A DNA stretch of 64,000 nt from Nitrospirota bacterium (GCA_963790025.1 CAWBMP010000005.1:480001-544000), one strand, 5' to 3'. Positions 33,214-41,732 are shown, numbered from the stretch's first letter. Notes: a model not told the origin generated them from the letters alone. Made by a program: numbers and translations.

Positions 33214-33630
33214 TTAATAGCCTCCTGACTTGAGTATTCCAGATGCCGCAACCAACAGTATCAGGACTTCTATAATTGCCAGTACACCGTACACTGTATC
33301 TTTCTTCCTGAAAAATACCGGGATGATTCTTATGTGGCAGAGAATAGTAACACCGGCCAGGAACGCGATACCGACAAAGTTTAGAAGATCGCCTTTGCTG
33401 ATCATGCTCAGACATAGCCATCCCGTATGCATATTGTTAGTCGCAATATATTGTTTTGCCGACATGCCCCAATATTTTGGCAGGTCATTTAAAGGAACAT
33501 GCGGGGCAAGAATACCGGTAAGATAAATGATAAAAGATACAAGTAATATGAGAAGGCCGGCCTGTATCCCTAACTTGAGTATGTTTTCATAAGCAAGCTG
33601 CTCTTCTGTTGCCCTTACTTTCCTATTCAT
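33214..33630 (-). CDS. DUF1634-like membrane protein, paralog of 3574-3990
   Basis: MNRKVRATEEQLAY...GILKSGGY, colinear with 3574-3990. Confidence 0.8.
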   Translation of the reverse strand: MNRKVRATEEQLAYENILKLGIQAGLLILLVSFIIYLTGILAPHVPLNDLPKYWGMSAKQYIATNNMHTGWLCLSMISKGDLLNFVGIAFLAGVTILCHIRIIPVFFRKKDTVYGVLAIIEVLILLVAASGILKSGGY

Positions 33631-33699
33631 TAATTTTCTCCTTTGACAGGATATTCTGCACATTGTCTGTTGTCAATTGTCAATGGCTCCTCTCATTAC

Positions 33700-34674
33700 T
33701 CACTTCCAGATTTCAAGACCCTTAAGAAGCATTCTCGACCCGGCATACAGCAGCATGATGATAACGATATAACGTGCTGCCGCCGGCTGTGTTTTTGTCA
33801 GCACTTTCACCCCGACTATTGTGCCAAGTATAACGCCGATTATAGCCGGGACAACCATCATTAACAGTACTGCACCGCCGTTAATGTATATCCACGCCGC
33901 GGAAGTATCTGTGATAGAAAGCAACAGTTTGCTTGTTGCCACAGAAACTTTTAGAGGGGTCCCCATGATCATGTTGAGCACGCTGACATTCTCCCATCCT
34001 GAGCCGAGGCCAAACATGCCGGCTATGATACCGACTAGAATAAAGGTCACAAGTCCCTGCGGGGTCCTGTGTATCTGCCAGTTCATTGCCTGACCTGTTG
34101 ATGTTTTGTAATAAATACCGTTTATCCTAAGTGCCGTTGAAAGGGCATCAGGCTGTGTGACCCTCGGATGTGCCTTTTTTTTAGTTATAAGCATAATGCC
34201 GATAACCACAAGAACAGTTGCTCCGAGAGCGGTCTGTATTATATTGATTGGAAGCGTCAGCCCTATTACTGCTCCAGCAATCGCGCTCGCTGATGTTATT
34301 ACAGTTATCGGCAAAGACAGACGTAAATCCGCCATGCCAATTCTGAGCAATCCCGGACTGGTAGCCAAGGCCCCGGCCAATGTCACAAGAAGACCCGCAC
34401 CCCTCACAAAATCAAGATGGAACGGAAAAAAAACTCCGATTATGGGCACGAAAAGCATGCCGACTCCTATGCGGCCCAGTACGGCCAAGGTGCCCATTAA
34501 GAATGTCACTACAAAAAGCGCTAAGGTCCACACCCACCAAGGAACATTAGATGATGCAACTGCAGCAAGCTCCGAAGGTGCATCTGTCGATGCTGCAGCA
34601 AAGCCAGTCATTGCCCAAGCAACTAAAAAAATGGTTACAAGTAATATCAATAGTGCTGCGTAGCGTCTTCTCAT
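33700..34674 (-). CDS. TauE/SafE family transporter, diverged paralog of 2583-3557
   Basis: Same length (324 aa) and colinear; GGVGGG changed to GRIGVG. Confidence 0.85.
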   Translation of the reverse strand: MRRRYAALLILLVTIFLVAWAMTGFAAASTDAPSELAAVASSNVPWWVWTLALFVVTFLMGTLAVLGRIGVGMLFVPIIGVFFPFHLDFVRGAGLLVTLAGALATSPGLLRIGMADLRLSLPITVITSASAIAGAVIGLTLPINIIQTALGATVLVVIGIMLITKKKAHPRVTQPDALSTALRINGIYYKTSTGQAMNWQIHRTPQGLVTFILVGIIAGMFGLGSGWENVSVLNMIMGTPLKVSVATSKLLLSITDTSAAWIYINGGAVLLMMVVPAIIGVILGTIVGVKVLTKTQPAAARYIVIIMLLYAGSRMLLKGLEIWK

Positions 34675-34698
34675 AGCTCCAACCCTGCCTCCTTCCTT

Positions 34699-34840
34699 TT
34701 ATCGTATTAGTTCCAGTTTTTTTGGAATTTATATTTGTCGCCGGCCGTCTATATGAAACCTCCAGTTATTAATCCCGCTCCCAATTCCCTGAGCATATCT
34801 CTTCCAAAAAATTTTTGGCAACCCGAATATTCAGCTTCTC
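34699..34840 (-). pseudogene. GntR remnant (5' piece fused to 3' piece), paralog of 1800-2558
   Basis: Minus strand contains TCAGGGAATTGGGAGCGGG (as at ~1902-1920) and CGACAAATATAAATT...CTGGAACTAATACGATAA (as at ~2516-2558). Confidence 0.8.
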
Positions 34841-35065
34841 AATATATAATCCAGCAACTGCTGAATCACTTCTGTTTTTTTCGAGGAGATTCCTGGACAA
34901 CAATACATCATCAAAGCGGTGTTGTCATCTCACCCCAAGGATTATAACATGTAGGCTGAGTCAGATGCAGAGAATCTGGAATACAATTAAAATGGGCGGA
35001 GAACTGAGTTTGAAAAAGCAATTGTGTTTGCCTTTCGGTTACCTGCAAGCCAAAAGCCTTTATAG

Positions 35066-35170
35066 CGTTGCAATTTACATCACAGGGCTGTGTTTTGCAT
35101 CTAACAATATTTACCAATAAAAACAATACTATGACATAGGGACAATTTCATCCTGTTATATAATGCAACA
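35066..35170. promoter_or_regulatory. Candidate upstream activator sites, approximate consensus TGTTGCA-N3-TGCAACA
   Basis: CGTTGCAattTACATCA (35066-35082), TTTTGCAtctAACAATA (35093-35109), TGTTATAtaaTGCAACA (35154-35170). Confidence 0.5.
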
Positions 35171-35224
35171 TTTGTTATTTTATCGGCATATGAGAAAATA
35201 ATGTTGAAACAAGGAGATATATTG

Positions 35225-35240
35225 TGGCATCGAAAATGCA
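35225..35240 (+). promoter_or_regulatory. Sigma-54 (-24/-12) promoter
   Basis: TGGCATCGAAAATGCA = GG-N10-GC, 45 nt before the ATG at 35286. Confidence 0.75.
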
Positions 35241-35285
35241 ATGTAATTAATAAATAAAACAAAATGCCAGCAAGGAGGAATAAAG

Positions 35286-35453
35286 ATGAAATTATTTGAA
35301 AGGTTTGAAAGAATTATGATGGCGGCAGCTTTTGCGGAAGAGGGAGAGTTTGATACGGCACAGCAGATAATGAAAGAAGATGAGGCAAGGAAGGACCTTC
35401 GTCCCACGCAGAGGAAGCAACAGGATAAACGGCAGGAAATTAGAGCAGAATAA
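35286..35453 (+). CDS. 55-aa small protein, copy 1 (AAAFAEEGEFDTA motif; not in ORF track)
   Basis: AGGAGG RBS; MKLFERFERIMMAAAFAEEGEFDTAQQIMKEDEARKDLRPTQRKQQDKRQEIRAE*. Confidence 0.88.
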   Translation: MKLFERFERIMMAAAFAEEGEFDTAQQIMKEDEARKDLRPTQRKQQDKRQEIRAE

Positions 35454-35468
35454 CGAGGAGGAATAAAG

Positions 35469-35636
35469 ATGAAATTATTTGAAAGGTTTGAAAGAATTAT
35501 GATGGCGGCAGCTTTTGCGGAAGAGGGAGAGTTTGATACGGCACAGCAGATAATGAAAGAAGATGAGGCAAGGAGGGACCTTCGTCCCACGCAGAGGAAA
35601 CAACAGGATAAACGGCAGGAATTAAGGGTGGAATAA
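35469..35636 (+). CDS. 55-aa small protein, copy 2 (not in ORF track)
   Basis: AGGAGG RBS; MKLFERFERIMMAAAFAEEGEFDTAQQIMKEDEARRDLRPTQRKQQDKRQELRVE*. Confidence 0.88.
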   Translation: MKLFERFERIMMAAAFAEEGEFDTAQQIMKEDEARRDLRPTQRKQQDKRQELRVE

Positions 35637-35638
35637 TT

Positions 35639-36064
35639 ATGAAAGCAAGTTTTGAAACTTTGATGTCTGCTGTTACATTTGCCGAGTCAGGCGAGTTTGA
35701 TACGGCGCGTGAACTCATGAAGGATGGGAAACGGATATTGGTAGCGGTTGATACCGAAACTTCGGGCAACGGAATATTCAGCTATGCATCAAATATGTGC
35801 AAGAGAATAGGGGCAACTCTGGATGTTTTGTATAACGGCAGTCGTGTTGATGGAGAGTTTGCCAAGAAGTTAGCAAAACTTTTAGCGGATGGTATCAACT
35901 ACAGGTTAGTACAGGGGAAAGGCGATGTAAAGAGGGATATTATCAATTACACGAATGCCCACAGGAATATCATTTTTGCAGTTGTTGATAACGGGATCCA
36001 GGGTCTTCCGCAAATCAGGCAAAGATTAAAATGTCCACTGGTTGTAGTGTCGGGGGCAATATAA
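35639..36064 (+). CDS. Degenerate USP-like protein with N-terminal AVTFAESGEFDTA motif
   Basis: MSAVTFAESGEFDTARELM followed by KRILVAVD...LKCPLVVV. Confidence 0.75.
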   Translation: MKASFETLMSAVTFAESGEFDTARELMKDGKRILVAVDTETSGNGIFSYASNMCKRIGATLDVLYNGSRVDGEFAKKLAKLLADGINYRLVQGKGDVKRDIINYTNAHRNIIFAVVDNGIQGLPQIRQRLKCPLVVVSGAI

Positions 36065-36394
36065 GGAGAATTAAAATAGAAAACCTTTGGGGGAGACAAA
36101 GCGGTCTCTTATAAAAAGAGGATTCCATATCAGGTTGAGTGCCGGCGTTATCATATCGTATTATCCACAGCATTTTAGGCGCCATTCTATAATATAGGGA
36201 TATCTGCAGGCTGATGTTTCTTCAAAAGCATTCAATGTTCGGATAATTGTTATTCAGTCAACAACTGCCATCTGTTTCGACTTGAAAATTAAACTCTTGA
36301 CTCAACATGGACACTAATCGTAAAATCTACAGTTTAGATTCGCTATGATTACAGATGCTTGCCGCGACCGGAATCCGCACCGGAGGTTATTAGA

Positions 36395-37198
36395 ATGAGT
36401 GAAGACAGAGTGCAGAATTCAGTAGTCAGCTTAACGAGAGTGGCGATTATGTTTTGTGTTACTCTCATTTTCATAATGAAGGGAACTGCATCAGCAGCAC
36501 TGACTGTCGCGGTAAACCAAGACCATATCAATATCGGTTTCTTCTATCACGGGAGCACTGTGACTGTCAAGGGCATATCAGACCCCGGTTCTGATTTAAT
36601 TATTAAAGTGACCTCGTCTTATGGCCACCAGTCTCTAAGGAAGAAGGAGAAAGTTGCCGGACTCGTATGGTTGAATGGCGGCGCATTGAAATTTGATCAT
36701 GTCCCCACTTTATATTCTCTTCACAGTACGAAGAAGATCAACGACATACTGAGCGAAGTGGAAAGAGACAAATACGTAATCGGTTATGGGTCCCTGGGCG
36801 GAACAACTTTAATACAACCAGTTGCGGATAAGGCAGAGAAAACAAAATGGTTTAATGAATTTATAAAATTTAAAGAGGATTCCAAGCTTTATTGCAACTC
36901 ATTCGGTGATATATCGGTCAAGACAAATGGCAAGGAACAGGATTATTATGTCCTGATTCCATGGCCGTATCAAGCAACTCCGGGGGAATATATTATCACG
37001 GTATACGCTGCAAAGGACCAAAAAGTCGTTGAAACGGCTGAATCAAAGGTAATTGTGGAACAGGTCGGTCTCGTAAAGGCATTTGCCGAAATGGCAAAAA
37101 ACAGCGCGGTTTTATACGGCATCATTTCGATAGTTGTGGCACTTGTGGCCGGCTTTGTGGTAGGTCTGATTTTCCGGAAGGGTGGGGGTGCCCACTAA
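36395..37198 (+). CDS. Putative transmembrane protein, TIGR02186-like (TauE-associated)
   Basis: Signal peptide, IGFFYHGS, RKKEKVAGLVWLN, C-terminal TM LYGIISIVVALVAG; GGAGG RBS before ATG 36395. Confidence 0.75.
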   Translation: MSEDRVQNSVVSLTRVAIMFCVTLIFIMKGTASAALTVAVNQDHINIGFFYHGSTVTVKGISDPGSDLIIKVTSSYGHQSLRKKEKVAGLVWLNGGALKFDHVPTLYSLHSTKKINDILSEVERDKYVIGYGSLGGTTLIQPVADKAEKTKWFNEFIKFKEDSKLYCNSFGDISVKTNGKEQDYYVLIPWPYQATPGEYIITVYAAKDQKVVETAESKVIVEQVGLVKAFAEMAKNSAVLYGIISIVVALVAGFVVGLIFRKGGGAH

Positions 37199-37265
37199 CG
37201 TTCTGATTTCGCCCTAAGTCTTTCGTAGGAATGCATCACCAAGTGTGCTGGAGGGGAAAATTAAA

Positions 37266-38123
37266 ATGTATGAGAACATAGTTGTGGGGTTTGACGGTTC
37301 GGAGCACAGCAAATCAGCTCTCAACGAGGTTTGCAACTGGATAAGGCGACATGGTGGGAACGCTGTGCTGGTCCATGCAGTATTCTTTGACGAAGAAGAG
37401 TACGGCACTATTCCCGATCAATTGGAAAGGCGGATGGATATCGGCAATAAAATGTGTTTCCAGGCGCAAGAAGAGATTTCGTCTGCTCTGGGCATCAATC
37501 TTGAGTCGATCATCTGCGAAGGAGACCCCCCTGATACAATAGTGGAGATTGCTGAGAATAAGAAAGCAGATCTTATTGCCATAGGAACACACGGCAGAAA
37601 AGGTATAAAAAAACTTCTTATGGGGAGCGTAACTTCCGGGGTCCTTGCCCATTCTCCCTGCGATGTGCTGGTGGTGAAGAAGTCATGCCCTGCAAGCCGT
37701 GGAGCATATGGGTCTATTCTAGTACCCTTCGATGGCTCCGAATTCGGCAAAAAGGCCCTCTCACAGGCCTGCCGCATAGCTGAGATTGAAGGCAGTAATG
37801 TAACGGTGCTCTATGTAGTTCCGCGCTATGAAGAGATGGTAGAGTTTTATATGACAAGCTCCATAAAAAACAGTCTCACGAAAGAGGCGGAGAAGATCAC
37901 AGGGGTAGCAGCTGACCTCGCGTTAAAGAAGGGAGTTCATGCAAAGTTACTGATAGACTACGGCGATATCGGAAGCAGGATTGCTGAAACTGCCTCCAGA
38001 GAAAAAAATGATTTAATTATTATGGGCACCCGTGGATGGGGCAGCATAAACAAGGTCGTTATAGGGAGTTCCACTGAACGTACAATAATGTACGCCAATT
38101 GCCCGATACTCGTGGTGAAGTGA
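37266..38123 (+). CDS. Universal stress protein (tandem USP domains)
   Basis: IVVGFDGSEHS, GTHGRKG..LLMGSVT..SPCDVLVVK, second repeat ending CPILVVK. Confidence 0.93.
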   Translation: MYENIVVGFDGSEHSKSALNEVCNWIRRHGGNAVLVHAVFFDEEEYGTIPDQLERRMDIGNKMCFQAQEEISSALGINLESIICEGDPPDTIVEIAENKKADLIAIGTHGRKGIKKLLMGSVTSGVLAHSPCDVLVVKKSCPASRGAYGSILVPFDGSEFGKKALSQACRIAEIEGSNVTVLYVVPRYEEMVEFYMTSSIKNSLTKEAEKITGVAADLALKKGVHAKLLIDYGDIGSRIAETASREKNDLIIMGTRGWGSINKVVIGSSTERTIMYANCPILVVK

Positions 38124-38267
38124 GCAGGTCAAAGTACACAGGAAAGTGCTTATAGCACCGTCTATCGGTTATATCGGAAATCAGCAGTAGTTGCGATGCA
38201 TCGGACCTATCGATTATTCAGAGCTGACCCCGCTGGAAGGAATAAGCTTAAAAAGCCCGAAGAAATT

Positions 38268-39860
38268 TCAGAGTACCACCGCCAATTTTTCCGGAACATG
38301 TCCTTTGTATTGCTTGAAATTATTGCGGAACTGTTCCACCAGGTTCTTTGCGGCTGCATCGTAGGCCGCCTTGTCAGCCCATACATTGCGGGGTTTCAGC
38401 ACATCGGCGGGCACGCCAGGACAGGCCTTCGGGACTATGAGCCCAAAGAAAGACTCCTCCTCAAATTCGCCGTTTGCCAGTGTGCCGTCAAGTGCGGTAT
38501 TGACAAGCACCCTTGAATAGGCAATCTTCATCCGGCTTCCAACGCCGTAGCCGCCGCCGCTCCAGCCCGTATTCACCAGCCAGCAGTCGACTTTGTAGTT
38601 CGAAATCTTTTCATTGAGGAGTTCGGCATAGACTGAAGGATGGAGCGCCATGAACGGGGCGCCAAAGCAGGCGGAAAAAGTCGCCTGCGGTTCGGTAACG
38701 CCTGCCTCTGTACCGGCCACTTTGGCGGTATATCCGGATAGGAAATGGTACATGGCCTGTTCCGGGGTCAACTTGGCAATAGGAGGCAATACACCAAAAG
38801 CGTCGCAGGTGAGCATGATTATATTGGATGGATGCCTCCCCATGCCCGATCGAATTATATTGGGTATATGAGTGACCGGATAGGAGGCGCGGGTGTTTTC
38901 AGTGAAGGAGTCGTCATCCATGTCTATTCTGCGGCTTACCGTATCGATGGCGACGTTTTCGAGGATGGTGCCGAATCTTCTGGTGGTTTGATAGATTTCC
39001 GGCTCCGATTCCACTGAAAGTCTTATGATCTTGGCATAGCAGCCACCTTCGAAGTTGAATATACCATTATTATCCCAGCCGTGCTCATCGTCGCCTATCA
39101 GGGACCGTTTTGGATCAGCGGATAGCGTGGTCTTGCCTGTGCCCGAGAGGCCGAAAAAGATGGCCACATCCCCTTTTCCACCGGCATTGGCCGAGCAGTG
39201 CATGGATAGGATATGGTTTTCATGAGGCAATAAATAGTTCAGGATGGTAAAGATTGACTTCTTGATCTCGCCGGCATAACTCGTACCGCCGATGATGATT
39301 AACCGCTTCGCGAAATTCACGATGATGAAGGTTTCACTGTTAGTGCCGTCAACGGAAGGGATTGCATGAAAACTGGGGGTGTCGATGACTGTAAAGGCCG
39401 GTTTGTGTTTGACCAGCTCCTCCTCAGTGGCCCGGATAAACATGTTCCTGGCAAATAGGGAGTGCCACGCATTTTCGGTAATCACCCTCACCGGGAGGCG
39501 ATGCTCGGGACTTGCACCCGCAAAGCAGTCCTGGACGAACAGGTCCTTGCCATGCAAGTAAGCCAGCAGTCTTTTGTAAAGACCGTCAAATTTGGCCGGG
39601 TCTAACGGCTGGTTCACTTTACCCCAGTTGATATGAGCATGACATGACGGTTCGTCGACGATGAATTTTTCGTTAGCGGCCCGCCCGGTATAATGGCCCG
39701 TTTTAACAGCGACCGCTCCCAAATGGGTAATAAGGCCTTCGCCCCGTCTCACGATCTGCTCATATAGTACAGGGGTGGGAGGGGTCCAAAAGATCAGATT
39801 TGCATTGGTAATTCCGTGTTCTTCGAGGCCCGTCCCTCTGGTAATGTCATTTAATTTCAT
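38268..39860 (-). CDS. pckA: Phosphoenolpyruvate carboxykinase (ATP)
   Basis: YAGEIKKSIF, FFGLSGTGKTTLS, IGDDEHGW, NFEGGCYAK. Confidence 0.97.
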   Translation of the reverse strand: MKLNDITRGTGLEEHGITNANLIFWTPPTPVLYEQIVRRGEGLITHLGAVAVKTGHYTGRAANEKFIVDEPSCHAHINWGKVNQPLDPAKFDGLYKRLLAYLHGKDLFVQDCFAGASPEHRLPVRVITENAWHSLFARNMFIRATEEELVKHKPAFTVIDTPSFHAIPSVDGTNSETFIIVNFAKRLIIIGGTSYAGEIKKSIFTILNYLLPHENHILSMHCSANAGGKGDVAIFFGLSGTGKTTLSADPKRSLIGDDEHGWDNNGIFNFEGGCYAKIIRLSVESEPEIYQTTRRFGTILENVAIDTVSRRIDMDDDSFTENTRASYPVTHIPNIIRSGMGRHPSNIIMLTCDAFGVLPPIAKLTPEQAMYHFLSGYTAKVAGTEAGVTEPQATFSACFGAPFMALHPSVYAELLNEKISNYKVDCWLVNTGWSGGGYGVGSRMKIAYSRVLVNTALDGTLANGEFEEESFFGLIVPKACPGVPADVLKPRNVWADKAAYDAAAKNLVEQFRNNFKQYKGHVPEKLAVVL

Positions 39861-39866
39861 AGTGAC

Positions 39867-40061
39867 CTATTCGCCGGCATCAGACGAAGAGCTTTTCTCG
39901 AACACCTGAGAATTTATATTGCCGGACTCGGGTCCTCCGCACTCAGGGATATAACAAGTAACGTTGACATATTCACACTTTTCTTTACACGACGGGCAGA
40001 TATCCAGGGGAATATCTGCATCTATTGTATTACCGCATTTGTTACATTTCCATATCGCCAC
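39867..40061 (-). CDS. Rubredoxin-like small protein
   Basis: WKCNKCG...CPSCKEKCEYVNVTCYIPECGGP; AAGGGAGG RBS, GTG start. Confidence 0.8.
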   Translation of the reverse strand: MAIWKCNKCGNTIDADIPLDICPSCKEKCEYVNVTCYIPECGGPESGNINSQVFEKSSSSDAGE

Positions 40062-40382
40062 GGGTGCCTCCCTTAAAAAGAAGATCTATTCAACCAACCT
40101 ACCAGTAATTTATAGCCTGAGAGTATATATAAAGTCAAGGCCCTGCACCGAGCCAAAGACCGGAAATGGCGCATTAAAGGAGGTATTGAACGGGAAATGA
40201 CTTTCTTGATCAAAATGTAATTGTTCTGTAACTTTGTTGACTTAACATTCATGCATTCATGTGTGTCGTCATCTGAGAAGTTGTCCTGAGACATTGACAA
40301 TCAGAACAGGACTATGTAATCATTTATCCCAAGCCAAAAACGGTTATGCAGCGTAATAAAAGATAAAAGGGGAGGAATTTTT

Positions 40383-41300
40383 ATGTATCTTTACCTGCCA
40401 GTAGCTTTAACAAGTATCAATGTCCTGGTTCCTGTTGGACTTGGACTGGCCGTGGGACTGCTATCCGGACTCTTTGGCGTTGGGGGTGGCTTTCTCATGA
40501 CACCTCTTCTGATAATGTGCGGCATTCCATCGACAGTTGCAGCAGCAACTGATTCAAATCAGATTGTCGCGGCATCGACCTCGGGCACTTATGCTCATTG
40601 GAAGGTCGGCAATGTCGATTTCAAGATGGGACTTTACCTTTTGGCAGGCGGCTTTGCCGGGGGGCTTCTCGGCGTTGAAGGGATAAAGGTGTTAAGGGCC
40701 ATGGGCAACGCGGATTTTGTCATAAAGATGACATACGTGCTTATGCTCGGCTCAGTCGGCAGCTATATGTTATATGAAAGCCTTTCAAGCATGAGAAAGA
40801 AAAAAGTGCACGAGGCCGTAGAGGAGCGGGAATCGTCATTTGGCAGGTTTCTCAGGTCACTGCCCCTTCAAACATTTTTTGAAAAATCAGGGGTATCACA
40901 CTCGGTGCTTATACCCATTGTTTTCGGCGGCATTGTCGGAATACTTGCGGCAGTTATGGGTGTGGGCGGAGGCTTCCTGATGGTGCCGGTCATGGTGTAC
41001 ATCCTGAGGATGCCCATGCATGTCGTTGTAGGGACAAGCCTTTTCCAGATACTTTTCAATTGTATTGAAGTTACTTTTCTGCAGGCAACTACAAATCATA
41101 CGGTCGACTTTATCCTTGCCGTCCTTTTACTGATCGGTTCTACCGTGGGAGCACAGATTGGGGCGGTCTTTGGCAGGAAACTCAAGGCGGACCAGCTCAA
41201 GGTGATTTTGGCGGTAATAGTGCTCGTGGTTACAGTAAAAATAGTTTTTGAGCTTACGCTTAGCCCGTCGTTGTTCCTGGCTCAATCAGGCGGCCATTAA
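40383..41300 (+). CDS. TauE/SafE (TSUP) family transporter
   Basis: GLFGVGGGFLMTP and VMGVGGGFLMVP repeats; ends GGH. Confidence 0.9.
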   Translation: MYLYLPVALTSINVLVPVGLGLAVGLLSGLFGVGGGFLMTPLLIMCGIPSTVAAATDSNQIVAASTSGTYAHWKVGNVDFKMGLYLLAGGFAGGLLGVEGIKVLRAMGNADFVIKMTYVLMLGSVGSYMLYESLSSMRKKKVHEAVEERESSFGRFLRSLPLQTFFEKSGVSHSVLIPIVFGGIVGILAAVMGVGGGFLMVPVMVYILRMPMHVVVGTSLFQILFNCIEVTFLQATTNHTVDFILAVLLLIGSTVGAQIGAVFGRKLKADQLKVILAVIVLVVTVKIVFELTLSPSLFLAQSGGH

Positions 41301-41365
41301 TGGCCGAAATAGTTGAGAAGTCTATAAAGAGCGCCCCCTGCCCGGTGCTTGTGGTAGCGGCATAA
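41300..41365 (+). pseudogene. 21-codon remnant of a USP gene (start fused to the C-terminal motif)
   Basis: MAEIVEKSIKSAPCPVLVVAA*, matching the USP tail (APCPVLVV); ATG overlaps the TauE stop. Confidence 0.6.
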
Positions 41366-41403
41366 AGATTAGGTATAGGCAAAGGTAAAGATAAGATAAA
41401 AAT

Positions 41404-41431
41404 AAAAAGGGGTCATTACTGACCCCTTTTT
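41404..41431. terminator. Bidirectional intrinsic terminator
   Basis: AAAAAGGGGTCA-ttac-TGACCCCTTTTT between convergent genes. Confidence 0.88.
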
Positions 41432-41439
41432 TAAACTTT

Positions 41440-41457
41440 ATAGTGCACCTGCACTAT
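41440..41457 (-). promoter_or_regulatory. SECIS-like hairpin downstream of the second UGA
   Basis: mRNA AUAGUGC-AGGU-GCACUAU; loop starts ~22 nt after UGA 41474-41472. Confidence 0.75.
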
Positions 41458-41732
41458 TTCTTGCTTCCGCTTCAACTGCCCTGTGAAGGTTTCTCTTCGG
41501 TCCCTTTTTGCATGTCCGGGTTTGTCGCTTCGTCTGTTTTTTTGTCTTTATCTTTGTCTTTATCCTGGTCCTTGTCTTTATCCTGATTCGGCTGTTGCCA
41601 TTGAGTGCCACCTGCACCCATACCACCGCTTCAGGCAGCCCATGCGTTTTCAGCGCCCGATAAGCCGGCCCCGGCGATCAGGGTGGCGATACCCAGACCG
41701 GCAAGAAGCCTTTGGAGATGCTCCCTTTGCAT
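41454..41732 (-). CDS. sbtA: Selenocysteine-containing RiPP precursor peptide, SbtA/selenobiotic type, 92 aa with two UGA(Sec) codons (not in ORF track)
   Basis: AAGGAGG RBS; MQREHLQRLLAGLGIATLIAGAGLSGAENAWAA-U-SGGMGAGGTQWQQPNQDKDKDQDKDKDKDKKTDEATNPDMQKGTEEKPSQGS-U-SGSKK*; UGA at 41633-41631 and 41474-41472; nearby rSAM maturase. Confidence 0.87.
41603..41619 (-). promoter_or_regulatory. SECIS-like hairpin downstream of the first UGA
   Basis: mRNA GGGUGC-AGGUG-GCACUC; loop starts ~18 nt after UGA 41633-41631. Confidence 0.72.

Larger units (their letters stand above)
35273..35636 (+). repeat. Tandem direct duplication, 183-bp period, each unit = RBS + 55-aa ORF
   Basis: 35273-35453 and 35456-35636 are nearly identical. 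Confidence 0.95.

Noticed and set aside
34990..35060. Possible c-di-GMP-I riboswitch (minus strand GAAAGGCAAAC)
   Set aside because: Lacks the downstream GNRA stem and GACGCAAAGC elements
35273..35636. Tandem repeat as a possible CRISPR array
   Set aside because: Only two 183-bp coding units, no repeat-spacer structure and no cas genes; no CRISPR array seen anywhere in the window
35180..35769. Minus-strand ORFs 35180-35590 and 35497-35769 with an internal repeat
   Set aside because: Antisense shadows of the plus-strand microprotein genes, which have an RBS and a promoter
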